Origin: an uncultured Gemmatimonadales bacterium
GTDB lineage: Bacteria; Gemmatimonadota; Gemmatimonadetes; Gemmatimonadales; GWC2-71-9
Direction: 5' to 3'
Assembly (NCBI GenBank): GCA_963739455.1
Contig: CAVUAK010000001.1
Location: forward strand, 736,001-800,000
DNA length: 64,000 nucleotides
The stretch's first letter is position 1; each line of letters opens with the position of its first letter. Positions 10,159-20,590 of this stretch are shown in pieces. The notes below the pieces were generated by a model. That model did no database searches and was not told the origin of the DNA. It saw only the letters and a program-made list of their open reading frames with translations. A program made the position numbers and the translations under genes.

Positions 10159-11249
10159 GAGTGATGAGAAGCCGCCATTCCCTGTCGATCGCCGCTACCG
10201 TCCTGCTGGCAGGCTGCGGTCCCAAGGTGCCCTCGGTGACGCTCGCCGTGGAGAAGAAGCTCAACGCGACGTTCAGCAACGTGAGCAACGTGGTGGAGAT
10301 CGAGGGCGGGCTCGTGGCGTTCGCCGACCCGATTGCACGGCGCTTCCACACCGGCAATTTCGCAACCGGAGCGGTCGATACCGTGGGCGTCCCCGTGGAC
10401 TCGATGCCGGTCGATGCCCCTGCGTCGCTGTACAAGCGACCGGGCTGGGTGGCCCAGCTCGGCTTCGACACGGTGGCGGTCGTGGATTTCGGGGCGACCC
10501 GCACGACGCTGTGGACGCCGGCGGGTTTCGCGCGGGTCCTCGCCATTCCCGTTGTGGGCGGCCTGACACCGGTGCTGGCGTACGACACCGTTGGTCATGG
10601 CTACAAGGCCGACTTCCGTACGGTGACGGGAGGCGCGGAGCCAGGCACGCAGATGCGGAAGGACAGCCTTCCGGTGCTGCGAATGAACCTGGCGAGCGGC
10701 GTGGTCGACACGGTGGCGCGACTGAGCGTGCCGGAGTTCGGGGAAGCGAAGTTCGGCCCGCAGATCCAGACGGTGGCGCAGATCTTCGGCCCGACCGACA
10801 TCTTCGGCGCGCTGCCTGACGGCTCGATCTGGGTGGCGCGTGCACGCACGATGTCGGTGGACTGGCGCTCGCCCGATGGCACCTGGACGCGCGGTGCCGA
10901 GCACAGCTACGCAAAGGTGGCGGTAACCGACGAGGACAAGACGCGGGTGATGGACCGGCTGCATGCGCGCGGCATGCCGAGCAACGTGGAAGTGGTGTTC
11001 CCCTTCGCGAAGACCAAGCCGTCGTTCGAGGCGGCCATCGGCCGGCCCGGTGGCGAGGTGTGGCTGCAGGTCAGTCGCGCGGACGAGAACGACCCGATCA
11101 CCTACGCCGTGATCGGGAGAGACGGCACCATGCTGAGGACGGTCACGATGCCGGCCGGTGTGGGGCTCACCAGCATCTCGAGCGCATACGCCTATGGTGC
11201 GATGAAGAACGGCGAGGGACGGGACCTGGTACGCCTGGCGCTGCAATAG
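10155..11249 (+). CDS. Lipoprotein, probable beta-propeller (paralog of upstream gene)
   Basis: Lipobox LLAGC; shared VDTVARL, PDGSIWVAR and VDWRSPDG-like motifs. Confidence 0.7.
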   Translation: MRVMRSRHSLSIAATVLLAGCGPKVPSVTLAVEKKLNATFSNVSNVVEIEGGLVAFADPIARRFHTGNFATGAVDTVGVPVDSMPVDAPASLYKRPGWVAQLGFDTVAVVDFGATRTTLWTPAGFARVLAIPVVGGLTPVLAYDTVGHGYKADFRTVTGGAEPGTQMRKDSLPVLRMNLASGVVDTVARLSVPEFGEAKFGPQIQTVAQIFGPTDIFGALPDGSIWVARARTMSVDWRSPDGTWTRGAEHSYAKVAVTDEDKTRVMDRLHARGMPSNVEVVFPFAKTKPSFEAAIGRPGGEVWLQVSRADENDPITYAVIGRDGTMLRTVTMPAGVGLTSISSAYAYGAMKNGEGRDLVRLALQ

Positions 11250-11258
11250 GGGCTCAGC

Positions 11259-12305
11259 TCAGCCCGCTCCACCACCCAGATCGATGACCACCTTGCCCGT
11301 CTGTTCACCGCGGGCAAGGCGCCCAAAGGCCTCGAGGGCACGGTCGAACGGGAGCACCTGGTCTACGTGAGGCCAGAGCAGTCCCTCCCCCGCCAGGCGC
11401 ACGATCTCGCGATACTCCGCATGGCTCCCCAGGGTCGATCCCAGCAGCGACCAGTGGTGCCAGAACAGCCGACGCAAGTCGATGCTGACATGCGGCCCAC
11501 CGGTGGCGCCACAAGTGACCAGCGTTCCTCCCCTCCGGAGCAGCCGCGTCGATCGTTGCCAGGTTGGCTCCCCCACACTCTCCACGATGATATCGGCGCC
11601 GCGGTTGGCAGTGAGCTCCCGCACCCGCGCCACCACGTCTTCAGTGGCATGGTTCACGAGACCCTCCGCCCCATAGCGGCGCGCTACCTCCAGCTTCTCC
11701 GCCTTGCTGCTCGTGGCAATGACGCGCGCCCCGTGGTGCACCGCGACCTGGACGGCGGCAAGTGCGACACCGCCGCCGACGCCCCAGATGAGCACGGTGT
11801 CCCCAGCCCTGATGCGTGCGCGCGTGGCGAGCATGCGCCACGCGGTGAGGGTCGCAAGGGAAAACGCAGCCGCCTGGGCCCAGGACATGGACGCCGGGAC
11901 GGCGCCGAGGTTCGACTCGGGCACCACGATCAGCTCGGCGAGCGTGCCGCTCCGATGCTCGCCGAGCACCTGGAGAGCGGCACAGAGTGACTCGTCGCCA
12001 CGAAGGCACTCGGCGCACGTCCCGCATGACACGCCGGGGTTGATCATGACCCGGTCGCCCGGGCGCACGCCGGTGACGCCACTCCCGACCGACTCCACGA
12101 CCCCGGCCCCGTCCGATCCCACGATGTGGGGGAAGGTGTAGGCCACCCCGGGCAGCCCATCGGCCACAAAGAGGTCCAACCGGTTGAGTGCGGCGGCCCG
12201 GAGCCGGACCCGGACGTCATGGGGGGCCCGGATCTGTGGAGCGGGGACCTCGGCCAGCCTGAGGTGTTCCCGGCCCCCCACCGACTCGAGGACGAGGGCG
12301 CGCAT
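11259..12305 (-). CDS. Zinc-binding alcohol dehydrogenase / quinone oxidoreductase (MDR family)
   Basis: PHIVGSDGAG, CGTCAEC..C structural Zn site, GVGGGVA, GKVVI. Confidence 0.9.
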   Translation of the reverse strand: MRALVLESVGGREHLRLAEVPAPQIRAPHDVRVRLRAAALNRLDLFVADGLPGVAYTFPHIVGSDGAGVVESVGSGVTGVRPGDRVMINPGVSCGTCAECLRGDESLCAALQVLGEHRSGTLAELIVVPESNLGAVPASMSWAQAAAFSLATLTAWRMLATRARIRAGDTVLIWGVGGGVALAAVQVAVHHGARVIATSSKAEKLEVARRYGAEGLVNHATEDVVARVRELTANRGADIIVESVGEPTWQRSTRLLRRGGTLVTCGATGGPHVSIDLRRLFWHHWSLLGSTLGSHAEYREIVRLAGEGLLWPHVDQVLPFDRALEAFGRLARGEQTGKVVIDLGGGAG

Positions 12306-12514
12306 GAGGAAGCCGGCGCCGTCAGGCGTACCTGTTGCAAGCAGGTTCATCGGATGACAGCCTTTGCAGTCATGGCGTCTGCTTTTCCGGTTCGCGCGCA
12401 ATAGTGCAGCTTGCAGAGCGAGTGAACTTGTGCATCTTAGGAGCGTTGGCGGAAGGCCCTATCGCCTCGACCGCGGCGGGTATCGCCGCATTCCAGGTAC
12501 CACAGGAGCGTACG

Positions 12515-12964
12515 ATGGCCGAGCTTGAGTCGAGCTGGCAGAGCGCCGGGTGGATGGACGAACTCCCAGGGTCAGCGGAACCGGCATTGCCCCCACCACC
12601 GCCCCCGACCCCCCCGGCGCCGTCACTGGCCGAGCGGGTGAAGACGGCGGTGGTAAAGGCTGAGCAGGCGGTCGAGAAGGCCGTTTCCAAGGCGGGCAAG
12701 GCGGTGAAAAAGGTCGCCAAGAAGGCGAAGCGCCGGGCGGCAGCGCGGAAGGTCGTTCGGAAGGTCAAGAAGACGGTCAAGAAGGCGAAGAGGAGCGCCA
12801 AGAAGGCGGCTCGGAAGGCGAAGCGGACCACGAAGAAGGCCGCCCGGAAGACGAAGCGGACCACGAGGAAGGCGGCCCGGAAGACGAAGCGGACCGTGAA
12901 GAAGGCAGCGCGGAAGGGGAAGCGGACCGCGAAGAAGGCGGCCCGCAAGGCAAAGCGCCGCTAG
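12515..12964 (+). CDS. Histone H1-like Lys/Arg/Ala-rich protein
   Basis: AGGAG SD; C-terminal tandem 11-aa KKAARKTKRTT-type repeats. Confidence 0.75.
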   Translation: MAELESSWQSAGWMDELPGSAEPALPPPPPPTPPAPSLAERVKTAVVKAEQAVEKAVSKAGKAVKKVAKKAKRRAAARKVVRKVKKTVKKAKRSAKKAARKAKRTTKKAARKTKRTTRKAARKTKRTVKKAARKGKRTAKKAARKAKRR

Positions 12965-12980
12965 CCTGTTTATGAATTCC

Positions 12981-13011
12981 AACGCCCCGACTCTCATGGA
13001 GCCGGGGCGTT
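12981..13011 (+). terminator. Probable intrinsic terminator
   Basis: AACGCCCCG..CGGGGCGTT hairpin followed by GTGTATTTT. Confidence 0.6.
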
Positions 13012-13046
13012 GTGTATTTTACGGCTTCCCACGTCCCCGGACCCGA

Positions 13047-14390
13047 ATGCCGAAGCACCTTTTGGTCCTGCTGCTCGCAGCGGTCGCCTGCAACCGTGCA
13101 CCACCCGACGGGGTGGCGCTGGTGGGTGCCACGGTGTTCGATGGTTCGTCGGCGCAGCCGCAGACGGACCAGGTCATCATCGTCCGCAACGACAAGATCG
13201 AGGCGATCGGGACGCGCGCGGAGGTGGATGTCCCGAGGCGGATGCGCACGGTGGACCTCACCGGCAAGTTCATCGTGCCGGGCCTGATCGACGGTCACGT
13301 GCACCTGCAGCGCTGGACGCTTCCGCGCTTCCTGGCCGCCGGCGTCACCAGCGTGCGCGACGTGCATGGTCCCTTCGATTCCATCCTGGCCCTCCGGGAA
13401 CAGGCAAACCTCGGATCACTGACCAGTCCACGCATCTTCAGCGCCGGTGCGATGATCGACGCGGCGCCGGCGACCTACTCGGATGCGTTCGTGGTGGGCG
13501 GCGCCAATGAAGCGCGCAAGGCGGTGGACAAGCTCGCGGTCGCAGGCGTCGACTATGTGAAGACCTACACGAGGATCACTCCCGACCTGCTGCGCGCCAT
13601 CGTGGACGAGGCGCAGACCTTCGGCCTCAGGGTGACGGTGCACCTCGGGCTGACTGATGCGGTCACGGCCGGCGACCTGGGGGTGCGGGCCATCGAGCAC
13701 ATGAGCGGCGTGCCGGAGGCAGCGGTCGCCAACAACGCGCCGATCTATGCGGCGCATCGCGCGGGCTTCTTCGACGGCTGGACCGCCTTCGAGAAGGCGT
13801 GGGCGGGCCTCGATTCGACGGCGATGGCGCGAGTGGCCGAGAAGCTGGTGGCTGACCGGGTGACCATAGTGCCGACGCTGGTGCTGCACGAGACGCTGAG
13901 CCGCCTGGATGATCCCGCGTTCATGCAGGACAGCGCGCTCAGGATGGTTCCCGACTCGGAGATGAGCCGGTGGGACGTGCCTGGCATGGTGGCGCGCGCC
14001 GGGTGGACCACGCCCGACTTCGAGGCGTTCCGGGCGTCGCGCCCGAACCAGGACCTGTTCGTTCGCATCTTCCGCGCGAGTGGTGGAAAGGTGGTGGCCG
14101 GGACGGACGCGGCCAACCAGCTGATCGTTCCCGGACAGAGCCTGATCCGCGAGCTCGAGCTGCTGGTGCAGGCAGGCTTCTCCAATACCGATGCGCTCTT
14201 TGCCGCCACGCGTGACGCCGCGCTGCTGCTGGGCGCCGATTCGCTTGGTGCGCTCGTGCCCGGCCGCAAGGCCGACCTCGTGATCCTCTCGCGCGACCCG
14301 GTGGCGGACATCAGCAACCTGCGGAGTATCCAGCAGGTGATGGTGCGCGGCCACCTGATGTCGACCGACTCACTGCGACGCAACTGGTAG
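13047..14390 (+). CDS. Amidohydrolase-family lipoprotein
   Basis: PGLIDGHVH, AGVTSVRD, VAGTDA, GRKADLVIL. Confidence 0.9.
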   Translation: MPKHLLVLLLAAVACNRAPPDGVALVGATVFDGSSAQPQTDQVIIVRNDKIEAIGTRAEVDVPRRMRTVDLTGKFIVPGLIDGHVHLQRWTLPRFLAAGVTSVRDVHGPFDSILALREQANLGSLTSPRIFSAGAMIDAAPATYSDAFVVGGANEARKAVDKLAVAGVDYVKTYTRITPDLLRAIVDEAQTFGLRVTVHLGLTDAVTAGDLGVRAIEHMSGVPEAAVANNAPIYAAHRAGFFDGWTAFEKAWAGLDSTAMARVAEKLVADRVTIVPTLVLHETLSRLDDPAFMQDSALRMVPDSEMSRWDVPGMVARAGWTTPDFEAFRASRPNQDLFVRIFRASGGKVVAGTDAANQLIVPGQSLIRELELLVQAGFSNTDALFAATRDAALLLGADSLGALVPGRKADLVILSRDPVADISNLRSIQQVMVRGHLMSTDSLRRNW

Positions 14391-14392
14391 CG

Positions 14393-14752
14393 ATGTCGCT
14401 TTCGCGCATTGTCCTGGCCTGGCTCGCCACCAGCGCATGGTTTGCGCTGGCCGAGCTGGCGCTGGCGCGCCTGCGAGGACAGCCGGGGGCGGGCCGGGGC
14501 CCGGCCCCACGGTGGGTGCCCGCCGTGGAAGGAATGCTCTTCACGCTGTTCGGGGCGCTGTGGTTCGGGAGTTTCGGGCCGGGGCGAGGGGGTTGGATCC
14601 TGTTGTTCGTGCTGCTGGGGTTGTTGCTGGAGCTGCCGGTGCGGCTCAGGGATGCGGTACAGCGGTCGCAACCACGCGGACTGGTCGCCGCCGTTGCGAT
14701 TGGAGCAATGCGATGGGTGGTGGCGGGTGGGATTCTCGCGTTGATCCTGTGA
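14393..14752 (+). CDS. Hypothetical membrane protein
   Basis: About 4 hydrophobic helices; operonic spacing. Confidence 0.65.
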   Translation: MSLSRIVLAWLATSAWFALAELALARLRGQPGAGRGPAPRWVPAVEGMLFTLFGALWFGSFGPGRGGWILLFVLLGLLLELPVRLRDAVQRSQPRGLVAAVAIGAMRWVVAGGILALIL

Positions 14753-14778
14753 ACTGCGTGAGGAGGAACTGAAACAGC

Positions 14779-15837
14779 GTGAGGAGTGAGGAGGCACTAC
14801 CGCCGCGGCTGACAAGCCTGTCTCACGGGGCTGGGTGCGCGTGCAAGCTGGGTCCTTCCGAGCTGGCGGAAGTACTGCGACACATTCCTCAGGTATCCCA
14901 CCCTTCCCTGCTGGTTGATGCGTCTACCAGGGATGATGCTGCCGTCTATCGGCTCTCCGCAGACCGGGCACTGGTGGCTACCGTGGATTTCTTCACGCCC
15001 ATCGTCGATGACGCAGCCGACTGGGGCGCGATCGCGGCTGCGAATGCGCTCAGTGACGTCTATGCCATGGGAGGCACACCGCTGCTGGCACTCAACGTGA
15101 CGGCATGGCCGCGGGAGACGCTGCCACTCGAATTGCTGGGTGAGGTGCTCGGGGGTGCTGCCGCGGTGTGCCGCGAGGCGGGATGCCTGGTGGCGGGCGG
15201 CCATACGGTCGATGACCCGGAGCCCAAGTTCGGGATGGCGGTGATCGGCGAGGTGCACCCCGACCGGATGCTGACGAACTCGCGCGCACTGCCAGGTGAT
15301 GTACTCGTGCTCACGAAGCCGCTCGGCACGGGGGTTCTCACGACGGCACACAAGCGGGATCTCTGCGGCTACGATGAACTGGCCCCGGCCGTGGCTTCGA
15401 TGCGCATGCTCAACGCGGGCGCCGCTCGGGCAGCGGTGCGCTCGGGCGTGCACTCGGCCACGGACGTGACGGGATTCGGGCTGCTCGGCCACCTGCACAA
15501 CATGCTGATGGCGAGTGGCGTCGGCGCGGAGATCCACGTCGCAGCACTGCCAGTGCTTCCTGGCGTGCGGGACCTGGTGCGGCGCGGCGCCGTCGCGGGC
15601 GGTACCAGGCGGAACCTGGAGGCGCGGGGTGACGTGAACTGGGGGGAATCGGTGACCGAGCTTGATCGTATCATCTGTGCCGACGCGCAGACGTCGGGAG
15701 GCCTGCTGCTCGCCGTGTCCGAACAGGATGTGGCCTCTTTGCAGCGCGCGCTCCAGGACGAGGGGGCACTTGAGAGCGCCATCGTGGGCCGGTGCATCGC
15801 TGGAGTTCCAGGCGCCACCCGCGTGCTGGCGGGATGA
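14779..15837 (+). CDS. selD: Selenide, water dikinase (Cys-type)
   Basis: HGAGCACKL, DDAAVY, TVDFFTPIVDD, ANALSDVYAMGG, TDVTGFGLLGH, DAQTSGGLL. Confidence 0.95.
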   Translation: MRSEEALPPRLTSLSHGAGCACKLGPSELAEVLRHIPQVSHPSLLVDASTRDDAAVYRLSADRALVATVDFFTPIVDDAADWGAIAAANALSDVYAMGGTPLLALNVTAWPRETLPLELLGEVLGGAAAVCREAGCLVAGGHTVDDPEPKFGMAVIGEVHPDRMLTNSRALPGDVLVLTKPLGTGVLTTAHKRDLCGYDELAPAVASMRMLNAGAARAAVRSGVHSATDVTGFGLLGHLHNMLMASGVGAEIHVAALPVLPGVRDLVRRGAVAGGTRRNLEARGDVNWGESVTELDRIICADAQTSGGLLLAVSEQDVASLQRALQDEGALESAIVGRCIAGVPGATRVLAG

Positions 15838-15841
15838 CGCG

Positions 15842-16066
15842 ATGAGTATTCGCTGGACACCAGAGCGGATGGACCGGCTCGAATCGGCGGCCCGACGCGG
15901 CCTGCGGGTGACACTGTCGCGCCGGGGGACGGAGTACGTGGTCGTGGCGCGGCAGGTGACCATGAAGGGCGGCAAGGAGGTCTTCATCGGCTTCCTGCCG
16001 ATGACCGGCGAGGAACTGGTGTTCGTGCTGAATGACCTGGATGCGTTCGAGGTGATCGGGCTGTGA
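15842..16066 (+). CDS. Small hypothetical protein
   Basis: 74-aa ORF coupled between selD and rnhA. Confidence 0.7.
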   Translation: MSIRWTPERMDRLESAARRGLRVTLSRRGTEYVVVARQVTMKGGKEVFIGFLPMTGEELVFVLNDLDAFEVIGL

Positions 16067-16686
16067 GCCAGCGGATCGCAGTGGTGCACCTCGACGAAAG
16101 CTGCCTTGGCAACGGGCGCGAGGGTGCGAACCCAGGCGGAGCGGGCGGGCTGATCGAGGTGCGCACGAGTCGTGGCATCGAGCGACGCGACGTGCTGGTG
16201 GGAAGCCCCGACACGACGAACAACCGGATGGCGCTGGCGGGAGCGATCGCGGTGCTCGAGCTGCTGGGAAGGAAGGAGACGAAGTTCCGCGCGCTGTTCG
16301 TCTCGGACTCGGAGTACCTGGTGAAGGGAATCCGCGAGTGGGCACCGGGCTGGGAGCGGCGGGGATGGACGCGGAAAGGGGGCGCAATCGAGAACCTCGA
16401 GCTATGGCAGTCACTGGTGGCGGCGGCGCGGAAGCATGATGCGCAGTGGACGTGGGTGCGGGGTCACAAGGGCCATGCGAAGAACGAGTACGCGAACGAC
16501 CTGGCGGTGAAGGCGGCAAGGGAGCAGGTCACGTCGGACGGGGCGGTGGAGTCGGGATTCGCTGCCTGGATTGAGGCAAAGCGGGAGAAGAAGATGTACC
16601 TGGACTACGATGCCGACGCGACTTTCTCCACGCTGGAGGAACGACTCGCCAGGGGCGAGAGGTTCCTCCTGCGGGAGGAAGCCTAG
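16063..16686 (+). CDS. rnhA: Ribonuclease HI
   Basis: DESCLGN, TTNNRM, SDSEYL, NLELWQ, WVRGHKGH..NEYANDLA. Confidence 0.9.
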   Translation: MSQRIAVVHLDESCLGNGREGANPGGAGGLIEVRTSRGIERRDVLVGSPDTTNNRMALAGAIAVLELLGRKETKFRALFVSDSEYLVKGIREWAPGWERRGWTRKGGAIENLELWQSLVAAARKHDAQWTWVRGHKGHAKNEYANDLAVKAAREQVTSDGAVESGFAAWIEAKREKKMYLDYDADATFSTLEERLARGERFLLREEA

Positions 16687-17588
16687 GACACCGGTACCCA
16701 GGTACGCACCGCCGGCTGGCCACACGCGCTCCACAGCACCTTCACGTAGGATCCATCGCTCAACTCATAGTGGATCTCTCCCGCCGAGATGCGGGGGGCC
16801 CCGGTGCACGCCGCGTCGAAGTGCAGCGGCGCCACCGTGTTTACGGTGAACGCGCGGACATTTCCGTTGCGGCTGAAGGTGACCTGCCCGCTCTTGACCG
16901 CCGTACCGCTGGGTAGTGGCGTGCCGCGAACGAGTTCGCTTCCCGGGTCAGGCGAGAAGACCAGCAGCGTGTTGTGCGCCACGGTGGCGTCGGCGCGACG
17001 GGCGAAGGTGCGGACAATGGAGACCTGGTTGCTGAGACTCAACTGCGCCGCCGTGGCGGTGAGGGTGCGCGAACCGTTGCGCGTGGCGGACCACGAGTCG
17101 ATGGTGTTGGGCGCCGTATACTGCCACCTGAAGTTGTCGTAGTTCAACAGGTACGCGAAACTCGGCGCCGGGTCGGGGTCGCTGATGCTGATCACGCCGG
17201 TGAGTTCCACGTTTCCACCACGCCAGTTGGTGAAGCTGCAGGCGGGCAGTGCGTAGGTGAATGCGGTGTTATCGCGGATGCCGTCGCCGTCGGTGTCGGT
17301 GGTGGCAGACACGGTGGCGCAGAGAGGCCGCCTGATGGCGAGCAGGTTCCCATTCGTCGGCGTGCTGCTGAGGGACATCGCCACCGCATCGTCGGCGCTG
17401 TTCAGCGCATCGATCGCAAGTTCTGTTTCATCTGCGCTTGCGGCGCCCATGTCGAGCGCATCCTGCTGCACGGCACTGGTGCTGTCGGACGGCAGGGTGG
17501 CGCCGTCGGAACAGCCGCCAAGGATTGCGGCGCCCACCAGTGCGGACCAGAGCATCCGGGCCCGCGTGTGATGAAGGTCACGAGACAT
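16683..17588 (-). CDS. Hypothetical lipoprotein
   Basis: Lipobox ILGGC; DTDGDG motif; beta-rich. Confidence 0.7.
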   Translation of the reverse strand: MSRDLHHTRARMLWSALVGAAILGGCSDGATLPSDSTSAVQQDALDMGAASADETELAIDALNSADDAVAMSLSSTPTNGNLLAIRRPLCATVSATTDTDGDGIRDNTAFTYALPACSFTNWRGGNVELTGVISISDPDPAPSFAYLLNYDNFRWQYTAPNTIDSWSATRNGSRTLTATAAQLSLSNQVSIVRTFARRADATVAHNTLLVFSPDPGSELVRGTPLPSGTAVKSGQVTFSRNGNVRAFTVNTVAPLHFDAACTGAPRISAGEIHYELSDGSYVKVLWSACGQPAVRTWVPVS

Positions 17589-17742
17589 TTTGCAGTTCCC
17601 CCAGTTTCCAGGTTGCGGAGCGGCCTTCCTGCTGCAGCCAGGGACGGGGCGAAGGGAATGGCGTTAAGCGTGACCGGACGGGGCGGGGTGTGTAGCTTCA
17701 CGACAGATGCTGGAAAGTGACGTCCCTCCGGGGAGGAGCTGC

Positions 17743-18462
17743 GTGCAGGATATCGAACGCCTATTTCGTCATCTCACGCGTACCCTGCAGGCAGTGGACC
17801 CTGCGCGGCTGCAGCAGCCGGTCAGCGTGGCCGAACTGGTGTCGCGATTCGTGCCGTATCGCACGAGCCGGCGGGCACTTGGCGTGGAGTCGAGCGAGGA
17901 CTACGAGCTCCTCCTGCTCCGGTTCGCGAGTGGCGAGGGAGGATTTGCAAACACCGAACCGGACCCGGTACGGCGACGCTTCGCGAGCGAGGTGAAGAGC
18001 CCCAACCCGGACCTGTCAGTGCTGCGTGAGTTCCGGGATGCGGTGTTCGTGCTCCAGCCGATTCCGCTCGCGCGGGTGCTGTCGGGGCAGAGCGAGGACG
18101 ACGCATATGCTCCCCCGCCCCACCCGGCGCCGGCGCCACCGCCGGAGCTGGTTGAGGCGGTGGCACAGATGGACGCCGAGTCGGACGTGATCGAGCCGCT
18201 GCCATTCGACGCGGTGCGCACCATCGCGCCGCTGGAAGAGGTGGAGTTGGTGCCGGTCGTCGAGGCGCCGTTAGTACCGGTCGCGGCGGCGCCGCGATGC
18301 AGCTACTGCGGCGGATCGCTGCCAGCGGGAAGGGCGGTGCATTTCTGTCCGCACTGCGGGCAGTCGCAGATGGTCGGTCAGTGTCCCAAGTGCAAGGCGG
18401 AAGTGGAGTATGGCTGGAAGCACTGCGTCAGTTGTGGCACGGGGCTCAGCTTTGATGCCTGA
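17743..18462 (+). CDS. Double zinc-ribbon domain protein
   Basis: GGAGGAG SD; C-terminal CSYC..CPHC..CPKC..CVSC. Confidence 0.85.
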   Translation: MQDIERLFRHLTRTLQAVDPARLQQPVSVAELVSRFVPYRTSRRALGVESSEDYELLLLRFASGEGGFANTEPDPVRRRFASEVKSPNPDLSVLREFRDAVFVLQPIPLARVLSGQSEDDAYAPPPHPAPAPPPELVEAVAQMDAESDVIEPLPFDAVRTIAPLEEVELVPVVEAPLVPVAAAPRCSYCGGSLPAGRAVHFCPHCGQSQMVGQCPKCKAEVEYGWKHCVSCGTGLSFDA

Positions 18463-18480
18463 CCTGCAGCGAGAATTGCC

Positions 18481-19677
18481 ATGACCACTCCAGATGTCGT
18501 ATTCCTCAGTGGTGCACGGACCGGCTTCGGCGCCTTCGGTGGCGCGCTCAAGTCGCTTTCCGCGACTGACCTCGGTGTCGTTGCAACTACCGCTGCGATC
18601 GAGCGGAGCGGCTTGGGCGCGGAGCAGATCGATCACGTCGTCATGGGCAATGCCCAGCAGACATCGGCGGACGCGATCTATCTCGCCCGGCATGTTGGGC
18701 TTCGCAGTGGATGCCGCATCGAAACGCCGGCACTTACGGTCAATCGGCTCTGCGGCTCAGGGTTCGAGGCGGTCGTGCAGGCAGCACAGCAGATCCGCCT
18801 GGGCGAATCGCGCGCGGTGCTGGCCGGTGGGACGGAGTCGATGAGCCAGGCCCCGCATGTGGTGCGCGGTGCCCGGTGGGGACTCAAGTTCGGGCAGGCG
18901 ACGCAGCTCGAGGATTCGCTGTGGGAGGCGCTGCGCGACAGCTGGTGCGACACCGCGATGGCAGACACCGCCGAGAACCTGGCGACGAAATACGGCATCG
19001 ATCGCGCGGCGGTGGATGCGTATGCACTCTCGAGCCAGCAGCGAGCCCGCGATGCGTGGGCGGCAGGTGCATTCACTGACGAGCTTGCAGCCGTGGTGCT
19101 GAAGGACCCGAAGACGAAGCAGCCGGTATCGTGGGCGCGCGACGAACACATGCGCCCCGAGTCGAGCCTCGAGGGACTGGCGAAGCTGGCGCCGGTCTTC
19201 AGGACGGGTGGCGTGGTGACGGCGGGGAACGCGTCCGGCCTCGCGGACGGCGCTGCCGCCATGGTGGTGGCCGACGCCGCGCTGGCCCGGGAGCGGGGAT
19301 TGAAACCGCTTGGCCGGCTGGTCGCGTACGCGGTGGCGGGCGTGGAACCCTCCCTGATGGGCATCGGGCCAGCTCCAGCAGCACGCGCCGCACTGGCGCG
19401 AGCGGGACTCGTGCTCGAGGACATGGACCTGGTCGAAGTGAACGAGGCGTTCGGGGCACAGTACCTCGCCGTGGAGAAGGAGCTCGGCCTCGACCGGTCG
19501 CGGACCAACGTGGATGGCGGCGCCATCGCCATCGGTCATCCGCTCGGCGCCACCGGCGCCCGGATCCTGGTGCACCTGCTGCATGCATTGCGTCGCCGCG
19601 GTGGACGCTATGCCCTGGGCAGTGCCTGTATCGGTGGCGGGCAGGGCATCGCCGTCATCGTCGAATCTGTCGGCTGA
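18481..19677 (+). CDS. Acetyl-CoA C-acetyltransferase (thiolase)
   Basis: [27 protein letters not shown]. Confidence 0.95.
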   Translation: MTTPDVVFLSGARTGFGAFGGALKSLSATDLGVVATTAAIERSGLGAEQIDHVVMGNAQQTSADAIYLARHVGLRSGCRIETPALTVNRLCGSGFEAVVQAAQQIRLGESRAVLAGGTESMSQAPHVVRGARWGLKFGQATQLEDSLWEALRDSWCDTAMADTAENLATKYGIDRAAVDAYALSSQQRARDAWAAGAFTDELAAVVLKDPKTKQPVSWARDEHMRPESSLEGLAKLAPVFRTGGVVTAGNASGLADGAAAMVVADAALARERGLKPLGRLVAYAVAGVEPSLMGIGPAPAARAALARAGLVLEDMDLVEVNEAFGAQYLAVEKELGLDRSRTNVDGGAIAIGHPLGATGARILVHLLHALRRRGGRYALGSACIGGGQGIAVIVESVG

Positions 19678-19690
19678 AGGGACGCCACTC

Positions 19691-20590
19691 ATGGAATTTC
19701 TGCTGCCTGCGTTGCTGCTGGTTGTCGGTTACTGCTTCGGGAGCCTCAGGGTCCTGCGGCAGTATGAGCGCGGCGTGTCGTTCTTCCTGGGGAAGTACTG
19801 GGGCACCAAGGGGCCGGGCCTGACCTTTGTGCCGCTCGGGTTTGCCCAGATGAAGCGCATGACACTCCGTACCGTGGCGCTTGATATTCCGGCGCAGGAC
19901 GTGATCACCCGCGACAACGTCTCGGTGAAGGTCAACGCGGTGCTGTACATGCGCGTGCTCGACCCGGCCAAGGCGTTCATCGAGATCGAGGACTACCTGT
20001 ACGCCACGAGCCAGTTGTCGCAGACCACCTTGCGATCGGTGCTGGGCGAGGTCGAACTGGACGAGTTGCTGGCCGACCGGGAGAAGATCAACGCGGTTTT
20101 GAAGAAGATCATCGATGAGCGCACCGATCCCTGGGGCATCGAGGTGTCGGCGGTGGAAGTAAAGGATGTGGACCTTCCCGACCAGATGAAGCGCGCGATG
20201 GCCCGGCAGGCGGAAGCGGAACGCGAGCGCCGCGCGAAGGTGATCGCGGCACAGGGCGAGCTGCAGGCGTCGTCCACGCTGGCGGAAGCGGCGAAGATGC
20301 TTGCGTCGGAGCCGGTATCGCTGCAATTGCGCTACCTGCAGACCGTCACGGAAATCGCGGCGGAGAACAACTCGACCACGATCTTCCCGCTGCCAATGGA
20401 CCTGCTCCGGCCATTCATGGACATGGCCGACCGGGCGGCGCGGACGCGGGACGACAAGGCGATCGCGGCGGCAGCGGCACAGCCGGCGCTACCTCCCGCG
20501 GCACCGATGCCAACCCATGAACTGGGTGACCTGATGCAGCGCCTCAAGGAAAAGGCACGCCAGGAGGAAGCGGAGAAGCATGGGAAGTGA
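19691..20590 (+). CDS. SPFH/slipin (stomatin-like) protein
   Basis: [43 protein letters not shown]. Confidence 0.95.
   Translation: MEFLLPALLLVVGYCFGSLRVLRQYERGVSFFLGKYWGTKGPGLTFVPLGFAQMKRMTLRTVALDIPAQDVITRDNVSVKVNAVLYMRVLDPAKAFIEIEDYLYATSQLSQTTLRSVLGEVELDELLADREKINAVLKKIIDERTDPWGIEVSAVEVKDVDLPDQMKRAMARQAEAERERRAKVIAAQGELQASSTLAEAAKMLASEPVSLQLRYLQTVTEIAAENNSTTIFPLPMDLLRPFMDMADRAARTRDDKAIAAAAAQPALPPAAPMPTHELGDLMQRLKEKARQEEAEKHGK

Noticed and set aside
14779..14860. Selenocysteine recoding in selD
   Set aside because: Active-site codons are TGC (Cys); no in-frame TGA
17589..17616. GCAACC on the minus strand upstream of the 16683-17588 lipoprotein as a fourth ECF promoter
   Set aside because: No TC[TC]A element at the required spacing, and too close to the start codon
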